IMG/VR virus record: IMGVR_UViG_3300025887_000010
Span: 1 to 64,000 of that record
Length of the DNA: 64,000 nt
Reading direction: 5' to 3' (one strand)
Source: a virus
Shown: positions 1 to 8,417 of the stretch, in pieces
Layout: every line of letters starts with the position of its first letter
Numbering within the stretch: the first letter of the stretch is position 1
The notes under the pieces: model-generated
Database searches by the model: none
Told to the model about the DNA's origin: nothing
What the model saw: only the letters and a program-made list of their open reading frames with translations
Made by a program: the position numbers and the translations under genes

Positions 1-1
1 T

Positions 2-1363
2 CGACTTGGGTATGTGAAGCCTGGTACAACGAACCTATCACTCAAGGTACCATCGATGTGGACAGGCAAAGATGGCATCAGTTCGAGAGACTCATTCCTT
101 TCAGCTGATCAGAGACCCATCTTTCTGTCTGAATGCAAGTACCTCTACTCACGACTCATATCGATGGGTGTGCTTGAGTCTACAGACATGAAGGCAAAGG
201 TCAAAGGATTCGTTGCGATCGCCTCTATACAGACATTGAGTGCAGCGAACCAACAGAACCAAGGCATTTCGTTCCAATCAGCTGGAGGTCGAACGAATGC
301 TTCAATCTTCAGTCAGTTTGCTGATGGACCTGTGGAGACATCGAATCGTGTAGAGTCTGAAGCAAATCAGAGTGCCGCATCTTCGAACTACATGGCTGAT
401 TCGATGCCATTCAGTATGCCCTCATCAACAGCATCTCCAGTGTACCCACACAACCATGTGGAGCATTCGGAGTCTGGTCACTATCGTGAAGTTGACGACA
501 CACCTGGTTCTGAACGAATTGCTGAGAGACACCGTACGGGGACTGGATATGAGATCGATGAGAATGGGACTCAACGCAATGTGATTCGAAAGGATCGATA
601 CACGTTGGTATGTGGTGACGACTTCATCATTGTGAACGGAAACGTCAACATCTATGTCGAAGGTGATGCAGGTGTGGTGGCCAACAACGTCAACATCAAT
701 ACGAAAGAGGACCTCAACATCACATGTGGTTCGTCTCTCAACATTAAGGCTGCAGACATGAACATTGAGATCGAAGGTCAGAAGGTTGAAACGATTGGTG
801 CTGATTCTGCATTGAGTGTTGGTGGCTTCATGACTGCAGCAATCGAAGGCAATCTTCAATTCGATTCAAAGGCATTCGCCGCAGTCGCAAGATCAGGCAC
901 ACTCAATCTTGAAGCTTCTGAGTCCATTGGTCTGAGGTCAGATGATGCAATCAATGCAGTCGCAACCTCAGACATCTCAATCTTCAGTGCAGCATCCACA
1001 ACAGTGGGTTCGAGTGGTAACGTTTCGATTGCTGGTGGCGGTAATGTTGGAATCAGTGGATCAGGGTCAGCAACTCTCTTTGGTTCGAGTGGAACATTCG
1101 TCTCATCTGATGGGAATGTTTCGATTGCAGGTTCAGGACCCATTCGACTCTCACATCCTGTTGAAAAGGCTCTGTATGCTGATACAGCAGGTCTTGCTAC
1201 TCTTGGAACCCCAGTGCCAATCAGTCCATCAGGTTCATCGAGTGATGGTGGAATCAGTGCAACTCTTCAGACTACAGACGAATCGACTCAAAACCTTGGA
1301 GAGCTCGTCTCACTCTATACACTGTCATCATTCGATTCGAGTGAAGCGTCCTCAAAGGGATGA
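2..1363 (+). CDS. gp5 C-terminal (needle) domain-containing baseplate spike protein, 5' truncated by the window edge
   Basis: VYPHNHVEHSESGHYREVDDTPGSERIAERHRTGTGYEID is the typical linker/start of the gp5C region, followed by V-x-G-N/D beta-helix-like repeats; frame is open back to base 2. Confidence 0.8.
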   Translation, partial: RLGYVKPGTTNLSLKVPSMWTGKDGISSRDSFLSADQRPIFLSECKYLYSRLISMGVLESTDMKAKVKGFVAIASIQTLSAANQQNQGISFQSAGGRTNASIFSQFADGPVETSNRVESEANQSAASSNYMADSMPFSMPSSTASPVYPHNHVEHSESGHYREVDDTPGSERIAERHRTGTGYEIDENGTQRNVIRKDRYTLVCGDDFIIVNGNVNIYVEGDAGVVANNVNINTKEDLNITCGSSLNIKAADMNIEIEGQKVETIGADSALSVGGFMTAAIEGNLQFDSKAFAAVARSGTLNLEASESIGLRSDDAINAVATSDISIFSAASTTVGSSGNVSIAGGGNVGISGSGSATLFGSSGTFVSSDGNVSIAGSGPIRLSHPVEKALYADTAGLATLGTPVPISPSGSSSDGGISATLQTTDESTQNLGELVSLYTLSSFDSSEASSKG

Positions 1364-1421
1364 ACACACAACAATCCCTCACATTCGTGTTGAGTGTGAG
1401 GGAGAATCGAATTGGTTTGGC

Positions 1422-1715
1422 TTAAGACATGAACTCATCGAAGTACGATTGATTGAATGCAACCAATTCTTCGATCGAATCGTAACGATTGAATTTGCCT
1501 TCCTTGACGTAGGTCGTTGGGTAGAATTCAGAATCAACTTCATCTGTGTTGCAATCTTGAACATCGACGAATTGACCTTGGTCCTTGACGATTGCACATT
1601 GTAGGAAACCATCATATGTGAATGAGAAACCGTATTCGGTCTCCTTTACGTTTTCGGACATTCCTTTGAATGCTGAGTTCGATTCGAAGAGTGCTTCCAG
1701 TTGCTTGACAGTCAT
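1422..1715 (-). CDS. hypothetical early protein (97 aa, start MTVKQL)
   Basis: AAGGAG RBS and early promoter directly upstream of the ATG at 1715. Confidence 0.75.
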   Translation of the reverse strand: MTVKQLEALFESNSAFKGMSENVKETEYGFSFTYDGFLQCAIVKDQGQFVDVQDCNTDEVDSEFYPTTYVKEGKFNRYDSIEELVAFNQSYFDEFMS

Positions 1716-1742
1716 GATTGAGTCTCCTTTGTTTATAGTTCG

Positions 1743-1771
1743 ATTATAGACTATCGGAGACGCAATGTACA
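1743..1771 (-). promoter_or_regulatory. early sigma70-type promoter with AACTATAAACAAAGGAG leader
   Basis: TGTACA-N17-TATAAT; one of 24 copies. Confidence 0.85.
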
Positions 1772-1780
1772 CAGCTCGTT

Positions 1781-1822
1781 TTGCATCGCATACACAACCG
1801 ATTGCATCGCATACACAACCGA
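1781..1822. repeat. perfect 21-bp tandem duplication
   Basis: TTGCATCGCATACACAACCGA twice (1781-1801, 1802-1822). Confidence 0.95.
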
Positions 1823-1881
1823 CTGACGATCCGTCCATTCATTTCTTGTTCCGTAAATTACGAGACAATACTGACTTCCGA

Positions 1882-2169
1882 TCAATCTTCAGGAGTAACC
1901 AGTGACTCACTGAGTAACGTATGCCAGGTTGATGAATAATATATTGTCGAAGCAGGTGGTGTGACCCAGAGAGCTTCGTTGTCACCATCTATTATATCAC
2001 ACTTCGAATCAGATGTACACAATTCATTGCAACATTTGTGCAATTTAATGCACTTACCTCTGTGACCCTTGCATCTAGTGCATACAACATAATTGATTGA
2101 TCTTGAGACCCCACGACGAGCAAGAACTCCAGTCCCTCCACATCGTCTACAGTATTCAGTTACGAACAC
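1882..2169 (-). CDS. small Cys-rich protein with DnaJ-like zinc-finger motifs
   Basis: CRRCGGTG and CTRCKG motifs. Confidence 0.5.
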   Translation of the reverse strand: MFVTEYCRRCGGTGVLARRGVSRSINYVVCTRCKGHRGKCIKLHKCCNELCTSDSKCDIIDGDNEALWVTPPASTIYYSSTWHTLLSESLVTPED

Positions 2170-2283
2170 CTGAGCACTTCATCCCATTTGGGATCATCAT
2201 GATCGCGAACATTTTCGACAGCTTTTGCAGCTTGAGTTGGTGTCGCATACCATGCATGTGAAGAGTTGACTGGGTAGCAAAGC

Positions 2284-2490
2284 TTATGAATGGGTGTGGA
2301 TGCTGTACTTCAGATCAGAGTCATCATGTTCACACTTGACAGTCACATCCCATCTTGCAATGTCCAGTTGACGCTCTCCACCTGATGGAGACCATATGCC
2401 ATCATAGACCCTCTGAAGAGAGATCGATTTGAAGCCTTCAGACTCAAGAGCAGACTTGACCTTACGTGCGACCTTTTCTCTTGCATTCAT
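2284..2490 (-). CDS. hypothetical protein
   Basis: ORF with purine-rich RBS; operonic position. Confidence 0.5.
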   Translation of the reverse strand: MNAREKVARKVKSALESEGFKSISLQRVYDGIWSPSGGERQLDIARWDVTVKCEHDDSDLKYSIHTHS

Positions 2491-2532
2491 AACAGAGAAT
2501 CCTTTCTCATCACTTCTTTGTGGCTTTGCATC

Positions 2533-2823
2533 TCACCGGATTGAATTGACACCCGCTACGACGAATGCAAAAATGAGAGCTACGATTGCGGTCAAACCTA
2601 TGACAAATTCCAGTAATGAAGGCTCTTGAGTAGACTCAAATGGCTCAGGAATGTAGTTGCGATCAATCTTCTGACCTCCACATACAGAGCAGGTGTAGTC
2701 TGGTTCAAATGGAGAAGCATCCGCATTCAAAATCATCGGGACTCCACAGTTTTCGCACGATTTCGTTGTCATTTCAGTCTGTTGATCACCATTCAGCTGA
2801 CGTGGGTATGGGTTGGGTGTCAT
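2533..2823 (-). CDS. zinc-ribbon protein with C-terminal transmembrane helix
   Basis: CENC...CSVC motifs, hydrophobic C-terminus; ATGA overlap with the upstream ORF. Confidence 0.55.
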   Translation of the reverse strand: MTPNPYPRQLNGDQQTEMTTKSCENCGVPMILNADASPFEPDYTCSVCGGQKIDRNYIPEPFESTQEPSLLEFVIGLTAIVALIFAFVVAGVNSIR

Positions 2824-3065
2824 AGGTCCAACCTAGCGATGATCTGCTTGGCGTAGTGGGCTTGCGCTGCGGCCTTTGCGTCATCTTTTGGGCCGCGCCA
2901 AATTACGTCGCTACCAAACTCATGGCATACAATCCCAAACGACACCTCGGCTAGGTCGAAATCCGTCTGGTCAATTTGATAGAATGCAGAGAAGTCGCCG
3001 GATATGCAGATGCTGACGTAAAAACCACCGTCGCACTCCTCCGGTCCCCACTCCAAAGGCTTCAC
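2820..3065 (-). CDS. hypothetical phage protein
   Basis: LEW...AKAAAQAHY pattern common in small phage proteins; overlap with the next ORF. Confidence 0.6.
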   Translation of the reverse strand: MKPLEWGPEECDGGFYVSICISGDFSAFYQIDQTDFDLAEVSFGIVCHEFGSDVIWRGPKDDAKAAAQAHYAKQIIARLDL

Positions 3066-3241
3066 GCATTCATGCAGGCGGGCGATGATGGATGCTGCTA
3101 CAATTTTTGGGTTTAAGACCCCTGCCCGTAGCCTCGATCATCAAAGCATTCAGCCTTGCTAACGTCTATCGCAATCATCTCACTTAGGTTCATTGTCTGT
3201 CTCCTTCAACTGTGCCAGCTTGGCCTCGGCGGTGAAATTAC

Positions 3242-3412
3242 TCATGCGGAAATGTCCTCTGGATCGCGCAATGACGCCAAAAACTCCCATGCGGATACGG
3301 AAGCAAGATCGCGCTCATTATTGTCAGAAATGAGAGAAATAGCATCATCAACATCGCTATCAGACGCATTTGGGTTTGCGCTCAAGTACTCGAAAAATTC
3401 ATCAAGAGACAT
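3242..3412 (-). CDS. hypothetical acidic protein (start MSLDEFF)
   Basis: short ORF with GAGG RBS. Confidence 0.45.
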   Translation of the reverse strand: MSLDEFFEYLSANPNASDSDVDDAISLISDNNERDLASVSAWEFLASLRDPEDISA

Positions 3413-3573
3413 TTGACCTATCCTCATCCTTAAATATCTGCAAAAGAGCAGGGTGTATTCTGTAGTGCTGACTTACAGGCGCGTGCATATAAAGAGAAAA
3501 TGCCTCGGCCACATATTCTTTGTCGTTTGTGTTGGCATACTTCGAAAGAAGATAATTCCAGCCGACTATACAG

Positions 3574-4098
3574 TCATTTTGCGAGGGCGGCGTCCATCGC
3601 GATCATATACGTACACCGCAATTCCTCATTCGGGTAACGACGACGAACGTCTGCGATCAATGACGACGAAGCATCCACCAACGCCTGCACCTTCGTGTAG
3701 CAATCTTCCTGCATTTGACTGCCGTGTTGGGACATAGTACGTGCGCCCAGTTCTTCACATTCGACAGCAGAAGCCTCCATTCCTGCCCTATATGCGTGGG
3801 GTAGTATAGCTGCGCCATCTCTTACGCCTTGTGCTTTTCCGTCAAGATATAGACTGTTTCTCATTGACGTAATCTTTACACATATGTCATTGAGGGATTG
3901 ACCTGTGTATTGCATTGTTCCACATGTTGCGCGCCAGACGACGTTTCGCAACATGGATTCTGCCTTTTCAACACGTTCTTCAAGATCGGAAATCATGACT
4001 GAGGCGTCATCAGCGGTATCCTGAAAGCCGTCTGGGAAAGGTGTTGACCCGATGCGCTTCTGGATGGCCCGAATAGCTTCTTTGTCAATGTGAGTCAT
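3574..4098 (-). CDS. hypothetical early protein (start MTHIDK)
   Basis: CAGGAG RBS and early promoter at 4141-4169. Confidence 0.7.
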   Translation of the reverse strand: MTHIDKEAIRAIQKRIGSTPFPDGFQDTADDASVMISDLEERVEKAESMLRNVVWRATCGTMQYTGQSLNDICVKITSMRNSLYLDGKAQGVRDGAAILPHAYRAGMEASAVECEELGARTMSQHGSQMQEDCYTKVQALVDASSSLIADVRRRYPNEELRCTYMIAMDAALAK

Positions 4099-4140
4099 GT
4101 CGTCTCCTGTTTGTTTGTTATAGTATAGGTTTATAGTTCG

Positions 4141-4169
4141 ATTATAGAACAAAGGAGCTCAAAAGTACA
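4141..4169 (-). promoter_or_regulatory. early promoter
   Basis: TGTACT-N17-TATAAT. Confidence 0.85.
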
Positions 4170-4194
4170 CAGCTCATTGCATCAAGATCGAACC

Positions 4195-4485
4195 ACTGCT
4201 GTAGGATGGGTGAATTCGTTGAAAATATATCAAGCCGACCGTGTTGCAGTGAGGAATGGGGGTTGGTTACTCGCGAGTCGGATTTGGAAAAGGCTCAACG
4301 AGTAGGTGTGAGAACTGGTGTGCAGACACAACGCAAGGGTTCGTTTGCATCACCATGTCAATCAGGTTCAGAGACCAGTTCAGCACAGCAAAGGGCACCC
4401 GATCCTAGACCTGAGTGCCCTTCGAGATGCCAATTTTTGCACCTAAAAAAATGCCGCTCACCCGTTTTCAAAGGGGTGAAAAAGA
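4195..4485. other. structured intergenic region, candidate ncRNA
   Basis: several stems: CCGAC/GTCGG, GAACTGGT/ACCAGTTC enclosing GGTGTGCAGAC/GTTTGCATCACC, AAGGGCAC/GTGCCCTT, TCACCC/GGGTGA. Confidence 0.4.
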
Positions 4486-4489
4486 GAGA

Positions 4490-4639
4490 TCAAGCGGATT
4501 CGAGGGTCGTTACGCGTGCATCGAGAGCAATGATGAGGTTTTCAAGCTCTGTAATCTTGGTCTGCAATTCATTTAGATTGCTGTCATGCTCTTCAGCTGT
4601 GATAGGTGTGCCTTTGATAAGACGAAAGATGAGGTTCAT
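4490..4639 (-). CDS. 49-aa late protein with KGTPITAEEHDSNL motif and coiled coil (not in ORF track)
   Basis: AAGGAG RBS; translates MNLIFRLIKGTPITAEEHDSNLNELQTKITELENLIIALDARVTTLESA. Confidence 0.7.
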   Translation of the reverse strand: MNLIFRLIKGTPITAEEHDSNLNELQTKITELENLIIALDARVTTLESA

Positions 4640-4667
4640 TCGAAGTCTCCTTTAGGAAGAATGTAGA

Positions 4668-5459
4668 TCATGGTAGTGGTTCTCCTATGATGGTTGAGTC
4701 GATTGGTGTAGATTCAGTTCCTGCAGGAACATCAAGGTCATGCAGCTCAAGGATGACGGTTCGAATGGTTCCATTCACGATCTCATACAGAGGTGTGCCA
4801 GGTGGAGGACCTGATCCTTCGTCCACAATGCCATCGAATTTGGTGATCTCGATGTCAGAGTTGGTGACGACACCCTGTAGATTGGTTTGAACAGAGAAGC
4901 TAAGCACATACTGGACGACACGCATTTCGTTGTCTTCGATGTTGTCTTCTTGGCTGACAGATTCGAGAGTCACCATGATGTCGTGATCCAACTCCCTATA
5001 GGAAGAGTTGCGAATGGACACATTGAGATTTGGTCGGAAGAACGGCAGAATCTGTTCGAGGATTTCACAGGCTTTGATGTTGTCTCTGGCGAGGATGCGC
5101 ATGTCGAATGACAGATTGTATGGCGCACTCGAATAGCCAATCTGTGTTGCATCCTGAGGATTCCGGAATTTCTGATGCATCGACACCTGACGACTTGAGT
5201 CATACGACAAACCGGTGAAGGTGTAGGCGATTCGAGGATATGTTTCGATAAAGCGATTCAGGTCTTCAGGGTCTGATTCACGTTTCTGAAAGTGAGAGCG
5301 TGATTCAGGCACATATCGAATTGGTACCCGCGACAACTTTTCAACGGTAGCGCCATCAGCACTCAGATGAGAGTGATAGACCGACGAGAAGAGTTTGCCG
5401 AACATCGAGATCGTTGTGCGAATGTGTGCATGGGCGAACCAGCGTCTTTCAATGGGCAT
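4668..5459 (-). CDS. gp15: tail terminator / sheath stabiliser
   Basis: FGKLFS...VPIRY...PRIAYTFTGLSYDSSRQ...PYNLSF...EILEQILPFF pattern; follows gp14. Confidence 0.9.
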   Translation of the reverse strand: MPIERRWFAHAHIRTTISMFGKLFSSVYHSHLSADGATVEKLSRVPIRYVPESRSHFQKRESDPEDLNRFIETYPRIAYTFTGLSYDSSRQVSMHQKFRNPQDATQIGYSSAPYNLSFDMRILARDNIKACEILEQILPFFRPNLNVSIRNSSYRELDHDIMVTLESVSQEDNIEDNEMRVVQYVLSFSVQTNLQGVVTNSDIEITKFDGIVDEGSGPPPGTPLYEIVNGTIRTVILELHDLDVPAGTESTPIDSTIIGEPLP

Positions 5460-6148
5460 TATGAGAATCCAAACGGGTTACTTTTAGGGTCGACAGATGG
5501 TGTGCCAGGCTCTGCATCCTTGAGACGTTCGTTCTGGGTCTGAGGATCGTTATTGACTTGGGCGTCATTGATCTCTTGCTCAGTCGGATCGACAAGGTCC
5601 ATTGATGGGTCAAGAGCCTTCAGGATTTCGTTGAGGTTGTTGGAGTCAAGATCATCAATGAGCAGAGGATCGAAGTTGGTTGTGCCTTCACCAGCACCAT
5701 AGACGCGCATCGTAGCAGGAATTGAGAAGTGTCTGCCACCAGAAAGCATCGGATCAGGTGTGTCGACATCAATGATCTCAAAGATACGATCAAGTTCGCG
5801 AACATAGATGAGATCGCCCTCTGTAGGATACTTGTCGAGAATCTCGATGAACTTCCGTTTATCGAAATGGATCGTGACATTGTCTTTGCCATACGAGAAT
5901 CCTGCAAAATCGAACATTGCGTTGGGACCCATGTACTGACCAGTCGAAGCCTCAATGAAGATGTCGACACCGAATGCATCTCGGAAGGTGCTAACAGTCG
6001 GCTCTTGCATGACAGGATCGAAATGAGCGTCCACCCTTGGCATATACTGAACTCCGATTCCATGGTCGTAGATGAAATCGGAAGTAAGGTCCTCGATGAT
6101 CTGCGCATCGTTGTCCCAGAGGAAGTTGTTGAAGTGTGGATTTGCCAT
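5459..6148 (-). CDS. gp14: neck protein
   Basis: GIGVQYMPR...FGF...PTEGDLIY...IFEI, ends NPFGF; between gp13 and gp15. Confidence 0.9.
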   Translation of the reverse strand: MANPHFNNFLWDNDAQIIEDLTSDFIYDHGIGVQYMPRVDAHFDPVMQEPTVSTFRDAFGVDIFIEASTGQYMGPNAMFDFAGFSYGKDNVTIHFDKRKFIEILDKYPTEGDLIYVRELDRIFEIIDVDTPDPMLSGGRHFSIPATMRVYGAGEGTTNFDPLLIDDLDSNNLNEILKALDPSMDLVDPTEQEINDAQVNNDPQTQNERLKDAEPGTPSVDPKSNPFGFS

Positions 6149-6157
6149 GATAGTCCT

Positions 6158-6484
6158 TTACAGAACGAACTTCTTGAGTGAGGATTTGAGTTCGTCGGAA
6201 AGAGTGATCAATGCTTCGCTCTTACTGAATTGAGAGATGTGAGAAAGGACGTTCGTCTTCGGATAATAGTGCCAGGCACCATCCTTTGTCAGACAGCTCA
6301 TTCCATTCATCTCTTCGCCTTTTTCATCGACAGTGGGTTTGCCGACACGATTGCGATTTGCTTTCACTACAGCAACAGCCCAGTCTTGGCCTTTGTTGTA
6401 GAGAACGCTTTCATTCATCTTCGAGAAGCCTGGATCAGATTCGTTCGATTCCATGACTTCCTTGATGATGTCGTTGAGTTTCAT
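6158..6484 (-). CDS. putative internal head protein
   Basis: N-terminal LND-IIKEVME helix shared with other small late proteins. Confidence 0.55.
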   Translation of the reverse strand: MKLNDIIKEVMESNESDPGFSKMNESVLYNKGQDWAVAVVKANRNRVGKPTVDEKGEEMNGMSCLTKDGAWHYYPKTNVLSHISQFSKSEALITLSDELKSSLKKFVL

Positions 6485-6495
6485 ACTGAGTCCTT

Positions 6496-6795
6496 TCAGA
6501 GACGTGCAAGAGCTTTGAGTTGCTGAGTGCTCAACATGGTGTTTGATTGGCTTCCATCGATATCGTTGTGAACGATCTCGATATATCCACCAGAACGCTT
6601 CACAGCGAAGTCCGCTTCACCGAGATACATCGTATTCGCGATAGGTTTCCCTTCAGCATCGATCCATGGATCGCCAATCTTCAAATTGTTGTCGTATCCA
6701 CGAGAAAGCACGGTTTTGTACGTATCCTTCGGGGGTTTGCCGATACGCACTTGAACTTCGTTGAGGACAGATGTGATAGATTCATTCAGATTCAT
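6496..6795 (-). CDS. putative internal head protein
   Basis: N-terminal LNESITSVLNE helix. Confidence 0.55.
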   Translation of the reverse strand: MNLNESITSVLNEVQVRIGKPPKDTYKTVLSRGYDNNLKIGDPWIDAEGKPIANTMYLGEADFAVKRSGGYIEIVHNDIDGSQSNTMLSTQQLKALARL

Positions 6796-6806
6796 TTTTG
6801 CTTCTC

Positions 6807-7553
6807 CTATGCAATTGTCATGACTGTACGCATCACAGATGCGTTTTCATACAGTTCTTCTTCGAGCTCTTTGATCTCTTCCTTCGCAGAGGAAAGGAGT
6901 TGATCACCATTGAGTGTGTAGCCACCAGGCAGTTCGACATTGGTGTATTTGGTGATGTTATTTCCCCATTGACGCTTGATGAGAGCTGTCGTATATTTGA
7001 TCAACCATACATCCCGCCAGAATCGAGTTGAAATGTCCCCGAGACTGAACGTTGCACGGTACATGATGTTGTAGCCAACCACAAATTCTTCCGAGCGTTC
7101 CTCAATATGCAGAAACCGAGTGCTCTGGTTGAATCGATAGACGGGTGGTGGCCTCAATACGTTGCGAAGATACGAAAGATCACGTTGAGCAAGGAACATG
7201 CTTACTTTGTCGTGGACTCCACCAATCATAAAGTGTTGATTCGATATCGAGTATTCTTCTCCACCACCAGAAATGCTAGTTCCTCCACCGCTCATACCGA
7301 GAACCTCGAGAATAGCGATCGTTTCTTCAGGAACTTCGAAGCCTTGATCAGCTGCAATTTGCTCTGTGATCTCGACGATGAAAATGCCTTCATCAGAAGC
7401 CTCGTCATGATAGTCGGTAAAACGATCGACAGCTTCATAGACAGCAGCAATGCACTGATCTTCGGTGACATTGACACGAATGACAGGTTCACCAATTTTC
7501 ATCTTTGCATGGGCGATGAGATCGTTGATGGATGCAGGTCGTTGAAGGCTCAT
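6807..7553 (-). CDS. gp13: neck protein
   Basis: KIGEPVIRVNVTEDQ...W..KY.TALIKRQWGNNITKY..V.LPGG.TLNG. Confidence 0.92.
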   Translation of the reverse strand: MSLQRPASINDLIAHAKMKIGEPVIRVNVTEDQCIAAVYEAVDRFTDYHDEASDEGIFIVEITEQIAADQGFEVPEETIAILEVLGMSGGGTSISGGGEEYSISNQHFMIGGVHDKVSMFLAQRDLSYLRNVLRPPPVYRFNQSTRFLHIEERSEEFVVGYNIMYRATFSLGDISTRFWRDVWLIKYTTALIKRQWGNNITKYTNVELPGGYTLNGDQLLSSAKEEIKELEEELYENASVMRTVMTIA

Positions 7554-7589
7554 TGATGAGGTCCCTTTTGGTTAAACTGTTCTTCTATT

Positions 7590-8417
7590 TTACACACCGA
7601 ATCCGTCCTTAGAGGCACCAAACGGCCAATACATTCCGACGAGACGATTTGTAGCATAGCCTTGGATGTTGACAGAATTCGATTGATTGCCACCTAACAC
7701 ACGAAGACGACCACCTTGAATGGAGTCGAGTAATGCAACATGACCAGAAGAAGGGTTGGGAGGTCGATCGAACACAACCACACATCCATGAAGAGGCTCA
7801 CTGATCTTCTCAAAGGCAGAACTTCGTGTGAATGAGCGAGCCATGCCTGTAATGCCGTCTGTTGATTGACCTGCTTGAGTCATACACCATTTGACAAAGG
7901 ATGCACACCACGGAGTCTCATCGTCTGAGAAACCATTCGATCTCGCGTACTTGACGATCTCAGGATTACTGCCATTCCGAAATTCTTTCGTGCCAATCTC
8001 TCCAACTGCAGTTTGGAACCAAGATGGACCTGTACCACTGAATGTTGCATTCGATGGACCTTCGTACTGCTCGTTTGTGTCGAGGATACCATGTTCATTG
8101 ATGATGCCATCACCATCACCATCACCAAGACCTTCGATAGGATTGATGGTTCCAAAGATGACAGCATGTTGTTGAGCTTCATCGATAAATGATCCGAAAA
8201 CGAATGTGCCTACCATTGCGCCAGTCGGTGTCGAACCAACTCCAGCAAGACCAGCAGATGTGATTGGAGAAACGACAAGGCTCCAAGGCAGTTGTTCGAC
8301 AGGAATCTCGTCACTGTAGTATCCGAACCAGCGAACACGAAGACGACCTCTTTGTTGCGGGTCCGCACGATCCACGACCATGCCTACCATGTATTTTGAA
8401 GAGCTCTTGAAGTTCAT
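7590..8417 (-). CDS. gp5: gp5 N-terminal OB-fold fused to a CHAP-like (TIGR02594-type) peptidoglycan peptidase
   Basis: DRADPQQRGRLRVRWFGYY...LPWSLVVSPITSAG (gp5 OB fold), then ETPWCASFV...GHVALL...LGGNQSNSV (Cys/His CHAP-like). Confidence 0.85.
   Translation of the reverse strand: MNFKSSSKYMVGMVVDRADPQQRGRLRVRWFGYYSDEIPVEQLPWSLVVSPITSAGLAGVGSTPTGAMVGTFVFGSFIDEAQQHAVIFGTINPIEGLGDGDGDGIINEHGILDTNEQYEGPSNATFSGTGPSWFQTAVGEIGTKEFRNGSNPEIVKYARSNGFSDDETPWCASFVKWCMTQAGQSTDGITGMARSFTRSSAFEKISEPLHGCVVVFDRPPNPSSGHVALLDSIQGGRLRVLGGNQSNSVNIQGYATNRLVGMYWPFGASKDGFGV

Noticed and set aside
2163-2490. Possible frameshift extending ORF 2284-2490 into a protein-like +1 frame
   Set aside because: No slippery site and no homolog evidence; cannot be supported from the sequence alone.
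4195-4485. tRNA or tmRNA
   Set aside because: No T-loop (GTTCRA) with cloverleaf spacing or CCA end; no tRNA genes were recognised in the window.
4206-4655. 149-aa plus-strand ORF
   Set aside because: Overlaps the better-supported minus-strand 49-aa gene and the hairpin region; composition is not protein-like.
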